Shown here in pieces: positions 13,420-26,534 of a stretch of 64,000 nucleotides of DNA (its first letter is position 1; each line of letters opens with the position of its first letter). The stretch is taken from NCBI GenBank assembly GCA_001662655.1, contig KV460234.1, one strand, 5' to 3'. This DNA comes from Pseudogymnoascus verrucosus (Eukaryota). The notes beneath the pieces are model-generated. The model was not told the origin of the DNA and searched no databases. It was given only the letters and a program-made list of their open reading frames with translations. Position numbers and translations under genes: made by a program.

Positions 13420-14559
13420 TTTGAGAAGGAGCAGGAATATCAACAAAACCGTTTACACAGAGTAGTGATGTTTCTGCTGCCCGGATTGTGCCACGGGGCA
13501 GAAATGACACTTATAAAGCATCATCACTATGAAGCATGAAGTCCATCAATTTTCCGGCTTATGTTAGAAGTAAACATAATAAAATTCGCTGGAATCAATA
13601 TGTAAATGTAGGGTTGCAGCACGTGCCTACTAGGATTATGACGCGGTCGCAGCCCAATGGATGGCGGATGAGAGTGCACGTTTGGAGGGCCGATGAAGTT
13701 TCCTTATCGAAGACTAGGATCAAGTTACCGCGGTGATTTTATTCTCAATGGAGATTGACTTGGATAGGAACACGTGCATACTAGGGTTATGACAGCAGTT
13801 GCGGTCTAACGGGCGGAGCTTGAGGGTGGCTCCTCGCATGTGTGGTTGTGACAGGGGTAAGGCATTGGATGGGGCTCGTATGTGAATTAATACCCATGTT
13901 GCTAAGTATGGTGATGGCGACGACACCGACAATTGATATGCGGAAAAATTGGTGTCTAGGCCAGCCTATCCTATGGAGGGGCTAGTTGACGGAATTCAGA
14001 CTGTGACATCGCTTCTCTCGTGCGACCATGTGACCATGTGCCCATCTCCTGGAACTCCGGATAAGGCTAAGCACGACGAAGGAAAAAATATGAAGGTTAG
14101 TGTCTCGTTGGTTTGTGGATTGGCCATGCAAAATCTGAAGGGCGACATGTGCTGCATGTGGAGAGTGGATGGAGCGCTTTCTCGATGATGACTTGTAGGC
14201 GTTGATCACAAAACGTATCTTCTAATTTGACAGAGTAAAACTCGTGATCTGGGTCTTCTTGCACAATGGCGCATTCTGTCACATAACTCCACTCCGGTCT
14301 AAATGCTGCCCTATTCGACCATCCTTCCAATCATTATATGAAGACGATATGCTAGGTCATGGAGGATGTAGGTTGTACGAGTTTTTCCATTTAGCATTGA
14401 TGTGTTGTTTGTATCATGGGAATGCTTACAATAACTCCCGGAAGGTCTGTTGGCGGATCTGAGCCGCGAGTTGGAGGTTTGGGAAACTGTTCAGCCTCCT
14501 TCATCGCCTCTTTATAGGCATTAGTCTCCCAATCCTAGTATAACCCATCTATTATTGAC

Positions 14560-15525
14560 GACTGAAGATATTCTGGCTCCTATGTAAGACCATATGTTCC
14601 AGTCTGTATTGACCAACGCTTTCTCTCCTTTAACAAGGCACTCATTCCACGGCTTGATGCCTAATGAAATAAGCCACTCAATGCTGTTTAACGTGGACTT
14701 GTGTCAGAGAGGTGCAAATTATTAATGTATGAAGTGGGGTGGGCATCTATCCCCGAGTCGTGGAATTCCACCTCGCATGGGAATTGCTGGAAATTAGAAG
14801 ATCAGTAGAACCGTTTGAATTCATTAAACTCATTAGTACCAGATACTACGATATCGCCTTCTTTTATTCTCGGCTCAACATCAGAGGTATCTATGCGCTC
14901 ATCTAGCTGCTTTCGAGCGGGATTTCCACTTCCAATCAACTTGACGCCATCTTGTAGACCTACTCAGCCCTCCGTTAATGCCAACGTCTTTCCGAATACT
15001 AAGGGGAACAGCGAAGGGTTCAACAGCGTTTGATCTTGATCCGAATGCAACTTCTTGATCATCTGGGCAATGCCATTCTTCAGTGCAAGACGGAGAGAGT
15101 CAGAAACGAGCGCAATCTGATTTACACACCGCAGATCCGGCGTCAAAAAGGCGATTGAGATTTTCTTCCTCAAACATGGCCGATTTGTCTTGATGCTCCA
15201 TGATACACCAACTATATGCCCTTTCGCTGATCAATTGCATTCTCAGCGCCTCGCACTTCGGCGCCGTCTTGGGCCTTAAATGCCTCTTCGCGCCACTTTG
15301 CAACAATCTCATCGTTGAATACGTCGATATTCCAGTCACGCTTGTCAGTCAAGTTTCTCATGAGTTGTAACATGGTCATCTCAAGTGCGGTTACGGCAGG
15401 CCTTAGTTCCAATCCGGTTACGGTGTCAGAAAAGCGATCGTCGAGGCTAAGTTCTCATGGGGAGATCTCCCGCCAAAGCCAAGGGATTGAAAGTGGCATT
15501 TGGCCGCCGCTATTATTCATCCCAT
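14560..15525 (-). pseudogene. Degenerate DUF4246-like gene with frameshifts and stops
   Basis: Fragments in different frames: LTDKRDW..VFNDEIVAKWREEA, LISERAYSWCIME, DAGSAVCKSD, PSLFPLVFGKT, FQQFPCEVEF, TSYINNLH. Confidence 0.75.
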
Positions 15526-16475
15526 ATTCAGCAATCATTACTTAATTAGAAGGTAGAATGTCGGATTGTCAGCAAGAAATCTGCTCTGGTAGTATGTTGG
15601 GAGTGAACTCAGGAGCGAAGTTTGGGGTCTACAACCGCCTGAATCTTTTCAAGGGCAGGTCCTAAACTCGGGGATACGGGGATACGGTGATACGGTGAAG
15701 CGACCGTGAGGGTGAAGGTTAGGGTTGGCAGTAAATTAGTTAGAGCAATAAAATTAATCCCTAGGCGATACCGCTATGTCAATAGGCAGTGTTATAAAGT
15801 CATCTGTTTTCTATAACTTATTTAATTTTCCCTGGCCTCAAACTTAACTATTTTTACAAGCAACCAGGTACACTTCCAAAGTTTAGCTTGCCTGGGTTTA
15901 GCGCTGTTGTCGGGAATTCGGGGATTATTTTGGTCGAGTCTTAGCGTGCTTATAGTCCGGTTTTCAACAAGGAATTTGTGGGCAAACCCCTCCCCTCCAC
16001 ATGTCACATAACGTCGATCTTGGCTTGCTTTTCATTTATTCGTAGATCTCTCAGATCTCTCGGATCTGTTAGTTCTCTTGGCTCCTTTGGAAAAAAAAAC
16101 TTTAGCACCCTTGATCACTGATGGCTCAATTGAGCTCTATTGATCACTGATGGCTCTTGTCAATTCGCTTTCTTAATGTTCCGGTTAACTCATTCCCTCC
16201 TTCCCATCAACTGCCGTGTGTTATGGTGCAATCAGGCAACAGCGCTGACATTCCGCGCGGGCTACTTCATGCTGCGCCCCGCCCCCCACCCCACCTCGTA
16301 AAAACCAACACGGGTAACTGAGAGTGACCAATCCTTCAGAGGATAAATGTCGCATTGATCATCGGTATGGTATATTGGAGCAGACACCCCCGTCAACCCA
16401 ATTGCCTCTCCTTTCTTTCACGTTACGCTCATTTTCACCTAACTCAACTTAAAACGATGGAATCCATCTTATAGC

Positions 16476-18624
16476 ATGGCGGACAGGTTATCTACGCCGG
16501 AGCCGTGCTACGGTATCCTTCCAACGGGCCGGGAAGTCAATACAACAGTTTTTTGTCGGGATCGCAATTGCTCCTCGGCAAATCACAGAATCCCGCGGCC
16601 TGATTATAAGACCCAGTTATCGTCTTCCAGCGACATCACCCAGTCACCTTACAATTCTCCATCTGAAGCAGAATTTCAAAAGCTCAAGGTTGACCCTGAA
16701 GATCCCCAATCATACGGCACCAACCGGCGGCTATCAAAAAGCTCTCTCCCTGCTGGCTCGGCGAGATGGAATCCTCGTCATCTAATCACCCAAGCTCGTG
16801 CCGGAAAGCTCAAGAGGAAACAATGCATCCTCTTCATCTTGGCTCCTATCACGATCATTTTGGTAATCATTATCGCAGTCGTTACATTTGTCACAGTCAG
16901 AGCCAAGAAACACCCAAACTTAACGGTAGACCTGGGCTACACTCAATACAAAGGCTTCAGAACGCCAGACGGCATTGACAAGTGGTTTGGCATGAGGTAC
17001 GCAGCACCGCCACTGGGTGATCTCAGATTCAGGGCTCCCCAAGACCCATTGGCTGCTTCAAAACAAGATGCATTTCAAGTAAGTCTGCCTCCACTTCTCT
17101 CTAACATTGGCTAACCCACCACAGCAAGGAAAGCTGTGCCATGGCACTCCCTCTACCTACCTCAACCCCACAAAATCGGAGGATTGTCTTTTCATTAATG
17201 TTTACTCTCCTACTAATAGAACCGCTCTCCACCCGGTCTATTTCTTCATCCAAGGAGGTGGATTCAATGATCTGGCTAATCCTTATCTGACCGGAGACGA
17301 ATTGATTAAGGCCGCCGGCAATGATATTGTGGTTGTTACCTCTAATTATCGAGTGGGACCGTGGGGTTTTCTAGCCAGTAAGGAAATCAAAGAGGATGGG
17401 GATTTGAATGTTGGACTGCTTGACCAGAGGAAGGCGTTGGCCTGGGTTCAGAAGTATATCCACTTGGTAAGTTCATCATTTTCCGCTCTAGATAGAAACT
17501 AACAAAGTCAACAGTTTGGAGGTGATCCCAACCACGTTACAATTGATGGAGCTTCTGCTGGCGCAGCGTCGGTTGATCTTCACCTTACCGCATACGGAGG
17601 CCGCGACGACAAGCTTTTCCATGCTGCTGTCGGACAGAGTAATTCCTTTGGAGCCCAGCTGACAGTCAACGAGTCACAATACCAATACGATGGCCTTGTT
17701 AACCGCACAGAGTGTCGCAAGTCGACAGACACCTTAAAGTGTCTCCGTGGGCTTGCTGTGGAAGTTATCGCTAGCAATAACATGATCATGCGCACTCCCG
17801 GCGCCAAGGGGACTCCTCTCTTTATGTACTCGAATGTTATCGAGGGGCCTGGGGGATTCACAGAGGATTACACGTATAATATGTACGCCGATGGCAAATT
17901 CATCAAAGTACCAGTCATATTCGGGTACGTCTCTCCACTGCTCATTTTTGAAACTCTACTAAAATTGTGAAGTTCTGTTGCTAATGAAGGCACTCTCTTC
18001 ACACCATCGAAGACAGATAATGTGACAGACATGACCAACTTCCTAAAAAACAACTTCGGCAAGCTTACAACCGACCAACTAGACCATATCGTCAGCCTCT
18101 ACCCACATGATGAAACCAAGTACCCAGGCAGAGGAGCTTGGTGGAGGACAGCCGCTGACGCATACGGTGAGCTTCGGTACAACTGTCCTGGCCAATTCAT
18201 GAGCCGCATGTTTGAAAACCACACCGATGGAACATCCAACTGGCACTACAGGTAGGCCCACCCCTCCTTCCGCTGCACACCACCTCTAACAAGAAGTAGC
18301 TGGGATGTCAGCCCACCCATCAACACAAAGTCTGGAATGGGGGCCATGCACGCTGCGACCATGTATTCCATTTGGGACATCGCGACCGGAATTGGCGCCG
18401 AATTAAACCCCACGATCCAGGCATACTGGACGTCGTTCATCCGGACCAAGAACCCGAACCACTACCGGCTTCCGGGGACCGTGGAATGGGGCACGTTTGG
18501 GACTGGGATGGAGCGGCTCGATTTCCCAAATGATCCGCAGAATGTCTCCATGGAGGCGGTGGGGGCGAGCGAGAAGGCGAGGTGCCAATATTATAGTACT
18601 ATCGGGAACCTTATTGGGAACTGA
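16476..18624 (+). CDS. Type-B carboxylesterase/lipase with an N-terminal transmembrane anchor (4 introns)
   Basis: GMRYAAPPLGDLRFRAPQ, SEDCLFINVY, QGGGF, NYRVGPWGFL, GASAG nucleophile; introns at about 17079-17124, 17467-17513, 17925-17972, 18252-18299. Confidence 0.9.
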
Positions 18625-19399
18625 AAGGTTATGAGAAGGGAGAGAGCATTTAACTAGACACATCAGGCATTAGAAATGGTTTATAATGGTTTAGAATAGA
18701 AGCGAAATGGGAATTTATCTGCGAGGCGTTTCATATCAACGAGAAGTAGTTCATCGAGACCGTGCCATTCAGCCAGCTGCCAAAGGATCTGGTGGGGGTC
18801 TCGTCCCTGAAAAAAATCATAAGGAAGCTCTTATTCGGGCTCGTCCAAAAAATTGGAAAGCTCGCCATACATCCCGCGATGAGCTCAACGTACTAGCGCG
18901 TTCTTGACAGACATTTATGGAATAGGGGCAGTTCATGATCCAATTAGCAGCCACATATCAGAGAACAGCTATTTACAGCCTGTTCGGGTATTACTAACCT
19001 GAGTTAGAGCCCGAGCGTCATCTCAAGCTCAGAATGCATATCCAAAATCCCAACGAGTCTTTTAGTAGGTCGATAGAGGACATGCAGACATTCTAGACTA
19101 TTTAATGTGGTCGATGGTACGTACCGTCGATAAGTCTTTTAACAGTTATCCATAATTAATACTGCTTAGTCATCCTTATACCTCACCAGTTCGCCAGCTT
19201 GAAGTCCCATCAGACACGCAAACTCGCAACTCTCATTCTCTATAAAAATGTACCTAGTCAGATCGGTTTTGTTAGATTGTAACTAGCGTTATGCTACGCT
19301 AGACGCCAAACACCACAATCCCATCTGTTGCCCAAACAAGCCACTACCCAGAGCGCAACTCCCAGCCAGCCAAATCGCCGAGAGGTCTACCAAGTCACA

Positions 19400-20056
19400 A
19401 TGAACTTCCTCGGTCTCCCCAAAGGCATAAACTTCCCATTAACCTGGCGCATCCTGCGCATGGTATCCGCACACCCTTACTGGGACCTCCTACGCCTACT
19501 TTGGCCATTCCCCTGGTACCTGCCGCATCCCCTCCCCCTGCCTCGCCCCCAGGCTTTCACCCACGACCACACGCTCTTCGATACCCGCAACCCGCTCATC
19601 CCGCAGATCCGGCTCGTGCCACTGTTCCGCGCGCGTGACTCGCCGATTGCATCGTTCTACCGCATCTATGAAGCGATGTGCGCGCGCGATGGACCTGCCA
19701 TAGGCTCGGAGACGCAGTATTTCTGGCGTCGCCCTGAGGCGCACTGGGCGTTGGAGGGAATCCCGGACCCGAGGGACCCGGATCCCGTGAGGTATGCGGT
19801 ACTTGCTTCGTTGATGGAGGCGATGGTGGATGCGTTTAATTGGAGGCTTGAGTTGGGGCTGAGGAGAGGCGGCAAGCGGTGGGTTGAGAGGGAGGACGAT
19901 GGGACACCGGCGCCATTTGTGCCAGAGGTTATGCCAGCATGGGCTGGGGGAGTACCAGCGCTGGAGGATGAGCTTATTATTGCAGAAGGTGGGACGGGAC
20001 CGCGATTCGCAGCGAGGAATATCATTGCTTTCGAGGGGGATCTACGGACGGTCTGA
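19400..20056 (+). CDS. Hypothetical protein (IPDPxDPDPxRYA family); partner of the adjacent nucleotidyltransferase
   Basis: Open intronless 218-aa ORF containing IPDPRDPDPVRYAVLA, AFNWRLELGLRR and PAW...P.L...F..RNI....DL..V. Confidence 0.8.
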   Translation: MNFLGLPKGINFPLTWRILRMVSAHPYWDLLRLLWPFPWYLPHPLPLPRPQAFTHDHTLFDTRNPLIPQIRLVPLFRARDSPIASFYRIYEAMCARDGPAIGSETQYFWRRPEAHWALEGIPDPRDPDPVRYAVLASLMEAMVDAFNWRLELGLRRGGKRWVEREDDGTPAPFVPEVMPAWAGGVPALEDELIIAEGGTGPRFAARNIIAFEGDLRTV

Positions 20057-20121
20057 CAACATCGAAGCTATACGAGCGCTTAGAGCTTTGAAGTAGATAG
20101 GATCTAATTGAGTATCCAACA

Positions 20122-20917
20122 CTACTCCCTGTTGAGCCCATCCTTGTTGTACGTTTGTTGGTATGTGCGAGCTATCGCATCTAAAGTGCCCTCAGTTGGC
20201 AGTACGTCAAAGCCATTCCAGTTCAACCCCCTGATAAACTCGCGGTCTAGCGGCTGGCCACCATTCCGCTCTACCAGCACATTGAGAATAGCCACAGCAT
20301 CACTCATATCAATACTGTAGTTTCGTGGAGCCGAAGCGTAGGACAAACGTCTGAGCTTCGTCTCCAATGCCCACTCAAACTTTATAGCATAAATGATCAG
20401 CCTCTTTCCCTGCCATAATACTACGCCCTGATCTAACGACTCCTGGAATAGTTTTGGTCGGGTTGAACGTTTTGTGAATATAGTCATTTCATCGTTAAAC
20501 CAATCGTCTGGGTAAGTAAGTTGGATTGCCACGGATTCGGCGGCGATGCGGATGTCCTCTTTGACGTCCTCATTGTCGTAGAGCTCTGGGTCAAGGCAAT
20601 AATCCAAATCGACTGTGGACACTCGGCTCTTAAGATAGCTGACTGCGAGAAATCCACCAGTACATATAATCCTAATGGGCGCGACGACGCGCAAGAGTTC
20701 CGATTCGTCGAGTTTGGCATCTAGCAACTCGAGACCTACATGCTTGTTAATAAAGACAGGGATCAAGATTGCAAGCTTGTTGAGCTTGAACCCACAAAGT
20801 TGGTATCTATTTACCTTCCTGGAAGTTTTGAGCATTCAGTTGCTGTTTCTCTGGCGGCGCATTAGGTTGTTTAGAACCGCCCCCGGAGGGGGACGGTTTC
20901 TCGCGGAAGAAGCTCAT
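20122..20917 (-). CDS. AbiEii/DUF6036-like nucleotidyltransferase (intron 20736-20814)
   Basis: Spliced NFQEG-LELLD; GGFLAV..L.SRVSTVDLDY (GG...RxTxDxD), WFND, KLRR, DMSD motifs. Confidence 0.75.
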
Positions 20918-21689
20918 GGTTCTAACCCCCAATAAGTGGATATAAAGTGAGGGGAAGGGGAACGTAGGAAGGACAAGGACACAGCGACATAGGATGTCCA
21001 AGGCTGATGGTCGGTCCGTCCGTGCAACGGGCTGTTGGTCCCCTGAAGCGGGGTGATATCACTTGGGGAATCCAAAGTCGTGAGAATGGGTTCAGAGACC
21101 GAGAAGGCGAGGAGGCAAGACGAAGGTCACCGGCGTAAAAATGTTGGAAAGAGACTAAAGCACCTATATAGTGTCACATCCAATAAATCGTCCGAAATGT
21201 AGAAATCTGCTTTAAAATCTAGGCTGCAATGGAGGGGCACCATCGAACTATAAAGTGGGCGAGTGGTACAGTGCCAAGCAGAAGGCATGGTCTAGACCGA
21301 ACACTGTTTTACATTTACGAGGCTGTCAGTTGGCCCGTGCAAAGGATCTGGAACAAAACGCCAAAGTACGTACTCTTGCTGCCCAAAGACTAAGCCGCGT
21401 AACCCGAGGATTAACACCAACAATCTAAGCTGATGGAATTTATCTCTTCGGCTCTATTTATAAGTGATCAGCTTGCCTATTATAACCCTGAGCGATTAGG
21501 CACCTCTATTTTAATTTTAGTCGCTGTAAACTCTGACAGTTGTGCACAGTTCTTCGAGATTTTGGTAAAGAAAAGTCTCATATTTATTTATATATTGCGC
21601 ATTTTTAATATCTACATAATTTATTCGGGGTATTAATACCATACGTGAGCAGTAAAGTTCGTCATTCATATCATCACTATCTCCCATTA

Positions 21690-24140
21690 CTATCTGCCAT
21701 TCATGTCCATATATACCCAGTCAAACGGAGACCAAGAGTCTGGCAGCTGGAAGTCAAGCCCTGGGTCTTGAATCTATATCCCGTTATCGTCAGCACCTGC
21801 TGTTAATTCCACTCTCGCAAAGCATTAGACCGGGTGAAACTCACACTAGCATCCCAATCAAATCCACCCAAGGGACTTTCATCGACCATATCCACCATAC
21901 TACCTCCTTCGCTTCCCCCAGCCCTCCTCTCAAGAGCCTCCACGCAAAATTCAGTGCTCTCTTTCAGCGTCCTTGGGATCTCTTGGTCTATTGATGTTCC
22001 GTCCTCCATACATATGATTTGCGCAAGCAGGCACCTGCCAAACACATAGGCCTTCACGCTACGCTCTTCTGTTTCCAACCGCGCTCCACACATATCGATG
22101 AATCTTTGAATCGCGCCATGTGCCTCCGTGCGTGTGGCATCCTCTGTGGCACTGGGGAAAGGTGATGGCGGCGCACTAAGCCGCGTCGTTAGTTCAAAAG
22201 CAACGGCAACGGTGGCGTGAATGGGGATGTTGCGGAATAAGCCTCCGCCGCGAAGCTGGAGTGCTGTGTAGTCGTCGTGGTCTTGAGGATCCGGGATTAC
22301 AGGAGCGAGTAGCGAGAGAGATGTCTCCAGGGTGGCTTGGCGGGAGAAGAAGTATGTTTGGTCGGTTTTGGCTTTCATGGCGTAGGGCAAGTGGAGAGAG
22401 AGGAGAAAGCGTTTCGTGAAAATTTCGAGGAGTTTTGATTGGAATGGGGAGGGCTCCGCTGGCATGGTGTTGGATGAAGAACCAGACTGCCAGAAATGAA
22501 TGGCTGTGGAGTGTTGTTGGCAAGCTGCTGTGAGGTCGCCAGCGAGGCGGAGGGTCTCGCTATAAGAGTCGGAGGAGCGGAAACCGTTAATGAGCCTCGC
22601 GATAGCGATTCTAACGGGGAAGGTCTTCGCGAGAGCAATTTGGATGCTGCTCTCCGTAAATATAGTATCTGGTTTCGGAAGTACTGGAGCACTTGATTGT
22701 TCGTCGATTTGCGAATCGTTGACGTTGGACGGAGGCTCGCAGTCGAAATCGTCTGCGGAGAGTAAGAGTGGGCCGCCTGAGTCCATCGAGGACTGCAACA
22801 GGAGCTCGACCACTGTAGCCCATAGTCGGCGTCGATGTTCTGCGTGGAGTGTAGTCATTTGGAATAGCTGAGAGGGGTCACGGTGTAGGCCCATTTGCAT
22901 AGCTATGCGAAGAAGGCTCCCGGCTGATACCCAAACGCTATCTCCATCAATGATATTTACCTGTTTGGCGACGAGCAGTAGGCATCTTATCTCTAAGTTC
23001 GCGAGAGTCGCTTTCGGTTTCTGATAGGGAGTATTAATCCATGCTTCTACTGTATGAATCCATTGCGTTGCTCCAGCACGTAGGCTTGCCAAGCTCGGAT
23101 CTGAATTTGGAGTTTCTTGATGGAAACAAGTGCCAATTGCCATTACCAGCAAAAGTTTTATTACGTATAGATCTCGGGCAGCTTTGGGGTTGGCCCAGAA
23201 GTCTGCATACTCATTCATAAAGGAAGGGATATGAATGATGCGAAAGACGGATTCGAAAGTTCGAAAGTACCCCTGGATGAGAATATCGGACGATTCCCTT
23301 GGTGGAACATGGTCACGAAAATCCAGGGGGACAGATTGGGGGGCGAGATACCGGAGCTGAGCAGCATTGGCAAGACGCTTGCATTTGCGGACAATTGCTC
23401 GCATTTCTGCCTTCTCCTCTTCCCCGGTGGCACCTTTGAGTCTTCCCATGAAATCGAACTTGTAAACGTTAGTGTCTAGCTAAAAGGCTCTAGTGTGCAA
23501 CATTGTAATCAAATCATACCTGTTTAATGTACTTCATCCAATGATTTTGGCCGCGGAACTTCATCTTTTCATAGTTGGATTTCTTCTTCCCCTTGTATCT
23601 CTTGCATACTTTGGGAGACACGGTCGGGGGGTTGGGCTGTGTTTGAGGGGCATTGCTCGATTCCCCATTTGATTCATTGCGTGAAGCATCTAGTAGCTTC
23701 TTCTCCAGAGTTTGGACTCTGTTGAGCAGCGCCTGCACGTGCTCTGTGGTTGCAGGCGAACCATTGTGCGACTGTACCAACGACGAGGAAGTCGACCCAG
23801 GGGCAGAAGGGACCGACGGGTAGCTGCTGGCACTGGTAGTTTGTTCATAGGTTTGTTGTCGACTCTGTCCCATAGAATCGGGTTGGGTGTGAGGCGGGAT
23901 CTTCCTCACGATTGGAGCTGTGGTGGGAAAATCGTCCTGGAGATTTTGGTACGTGCATGTCTTGCTCCTGGAACGGCTACATGGCCCGCAAGGGGTAGAA
24001 CGGTCACATTTTATCTTGCGGTGGCGGCATTCCTCGCAAGCCAATGCAGGACGTCTCCGTTTCCGAAAAGGGAATGCAGGGGGGGATACTGTCGTTGCAA
24101 CTGGAGCAGGGAGATTATCCCCGGGCACGTTTGTATCCAT
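21690..24140 (-). CDS. Zn2Cys6 transcription factor with a fungal-specific middle homology region
   Basis: ACEECRHRKIKCDRSTPCGPC...C; AMQMGLHRDP, RRRLWATV; introns 23459-23519 and about 21775-21844. Confidence 0.92.
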
Positions 24141-24758
24141 TTTGCTTCCACAGCGTCACGGTCTTCCACGGTGTTTGTTCGGCGATGGCTTGATGGATAT
24201 AATAAATATTTTGCAACGGGGTATAACGGACATATATGAAAGGAATTCAGAGATGACGAATCTGCCACATCAAGGGGGATATATTGAGGGGGCGGCGGAC
24301 AATTACCGGGGATTTCGGAGGTATGGTGGTCGCTTATTGGTCCATTTAAGTACATTTTGTAAAATCACATGACTTTTAGTACAAGAAAGCTACATCGATA
24401 CCTTTGAGGCCGATATATCCGCTTTGGTACCGCATTTAAATCCGACTCAGCAACTACCCCCAACGGCTTCTCGTAATACTCCAATGCCTTTCCATGCATC
24501 ATTCGTTTAGATCGATCGTAGAATCCGATGAACACCGCAGGATCTGTTGTATGTAAGGTTACCCATGTTTAATTATCTCCGATTGTCTGTTGTACTCTCG
24601 TTGCGTATGACGTTCTCCCTTGCATCGAGAAGTCTCACTTTATATGACCATATAAGGAGGACCTTTTCAAATCCCCCTTCTTCGATTTTGCCATCTCTTA
24701 ATACCCTTTTATCTTTTCCCCATCTTCAGGTATCTTTAGAGATAGTGCGGCACATAAA

Positions 24759-26275
24759 ATGGGTTCCCAGGGAGAAATCAACGGACCCAGTGGTTCTAAT
24801 TCGAAGTTGGATGATGTTCCCCTATCTCATTCAGCCACAACCCTAGCCGCTGTAGACTCCGAGGCGGGTGTAAAAGAAGGATCTTTCAATGTTACCGATA
24901 ACGACAAGGGTGCAACTCCAGCCATAGCTTTTCCCGAAGGGGGCGCACGGGGCTGGGCCACAGCTGCTGGAGCCGCTGGTGTTTTGTTCTGCACTTTTGG
25001 TTATATCAATACATTTGGGTACATTTCCAATTCCAGTTCAGAATATCTTATTAAATATAAAAACTAATAGGATGTAGGTTTTATCAGGAGTATTATCAGA
25101 GACATCAGCTATCTGGCGAGACTCCGTCTGCCATTTCATGGATTGGCTCTGTGCAAGGCTTTTTTATTTTCTCTGGCTCTCTTGTTGGAGGGCCACTATT
25201 TGATCGCTATGGCGAAAAGGTATGTGGCTATTCCCTAATTAAGTTAATATCATTGAAATTATAGGGCAATAACTGACACAAATTTTAGGTCCTGTGGCCT
25301 CCTGCCTTCGTCTGCGTCCTGTCTGTCTTCATGACCTCCATCTCGACGAAATACTGGCATTTCATCCTTGCACAAGGCGTCCTCGGGGGGATCTCGATGG
25401 GAATGACAATGGCACCGGCTATGGCAGCCGTTCCTCAGTACTTCAATAAAAAGCGCAGTGCGGCGATGGGTGCGACCGTTGCTGGGTCATCCGTGGGCGG
25501 CATCATCCTTCCTATCATGCTCGGGAAAATGCTCAACGGCAATGGGCTATCATTCGGATGGGCCGTACGTGTTGTTGCCTTTCTCATGTTCGCCATTCTA
25601 AGCGTGTCGTGCTTATGTATCAAGGCACGTTTGCCACCTCGCAACGGAACTTTCTTACTCCCTAGTGCGTTTAAGGATCTACAATACGTGGCTGTAGTTG
25701 CGGCTGGTTTCCTGATGATCTTTGGCTTCTTCGGCCCATTCTTCTACCTCCCTGTCTACGCGGTCCAACAGGGAATGTCAAAGCTTCTTGCTTCGTATGT
25801 CTTATCTATTCTGAACGCCGCATCCTTCTTTGGCCGGGTGGTGCCTGGTATTATGGCCGATAGAGTCGGACGCTACAACACTCTATTTGTCGCAGCTATT
25901 GCATCGGGAGTTTTGATATTCTGCTGGCCGCTCATTACTACAAATGCGGGAATAATTGTTTTCGCTGCACTCTTTGGATTCTTTTCTGGCACCATTATTT
26001 CAGGGATAATGGTGTGTCTGGCATCGTGCGCCGGCGACCCGCGAGCAATTGGTACCTATATAGGAATGGGGCTGACACTGGGAGGAGTGGCAGTACTGAT
26101 TGGACCCCCAATCAATGGTGCTCTTCTCACAGAGTATAGCGGCTTTCATGAAATAAGCTGGCTTATGGGGACGGTGACAATGGCTGGCGCCATGTCCGTA
26201 GTTTTGGCAAAGTGGTTGAGTGGGGGGGGGCATTTTTGCAAAGCTGTGAGCGAATTTCTTGTGGGTTATATGTAG
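24759..26275 (+). CDS. MFS monocarboxylate-porter family transporter
   Basis: FPEGGARGW, FGYINTFG, QYFNKKRSAAMG, GRVVPGIMADRVGRYN; two introns near 25019 and 25220. Confidence 0.9.
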
Positions 26276-26534
26276 CATTGAAATACTAGCTCTAGGCGTC
26301 AATATAGAGATCGGTTAGAACTTGGTATTATAATCAGACTCCCGATGCATAATGTTTTATTGTGGCCGTTTAATATTTACTTCGGAAGATCATGCAACGT
26401 TTTGGGTGTTACCAGGATGGGAATCCATCGCTTAAGTTTCCTGCATCTCTACAGTTCCATCGAGTTCTCGGCGTTTTATCGAATCTGCCGTTAATATTGG
26501 ATCTTTCATACACAACTCCGCCCTAACAATAAAT

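Noticed and set aside
13420..13510. N-terminal extension of the 546-aa phosphatase ORF
   Set aside because: Better explained by the ATG at 13419 with a signal peptide and a GC-AG intron
15670..15727. GATACGG triplet and a TTAGGG hexamer as an interstitial telomere
   Set aside because: A single hexamer; expected by chance
16111..16156. 17-bp direct repeat ttgatcactgatggctc
   Set aside because: Looks like a simple local slippage duplication with no element between copies
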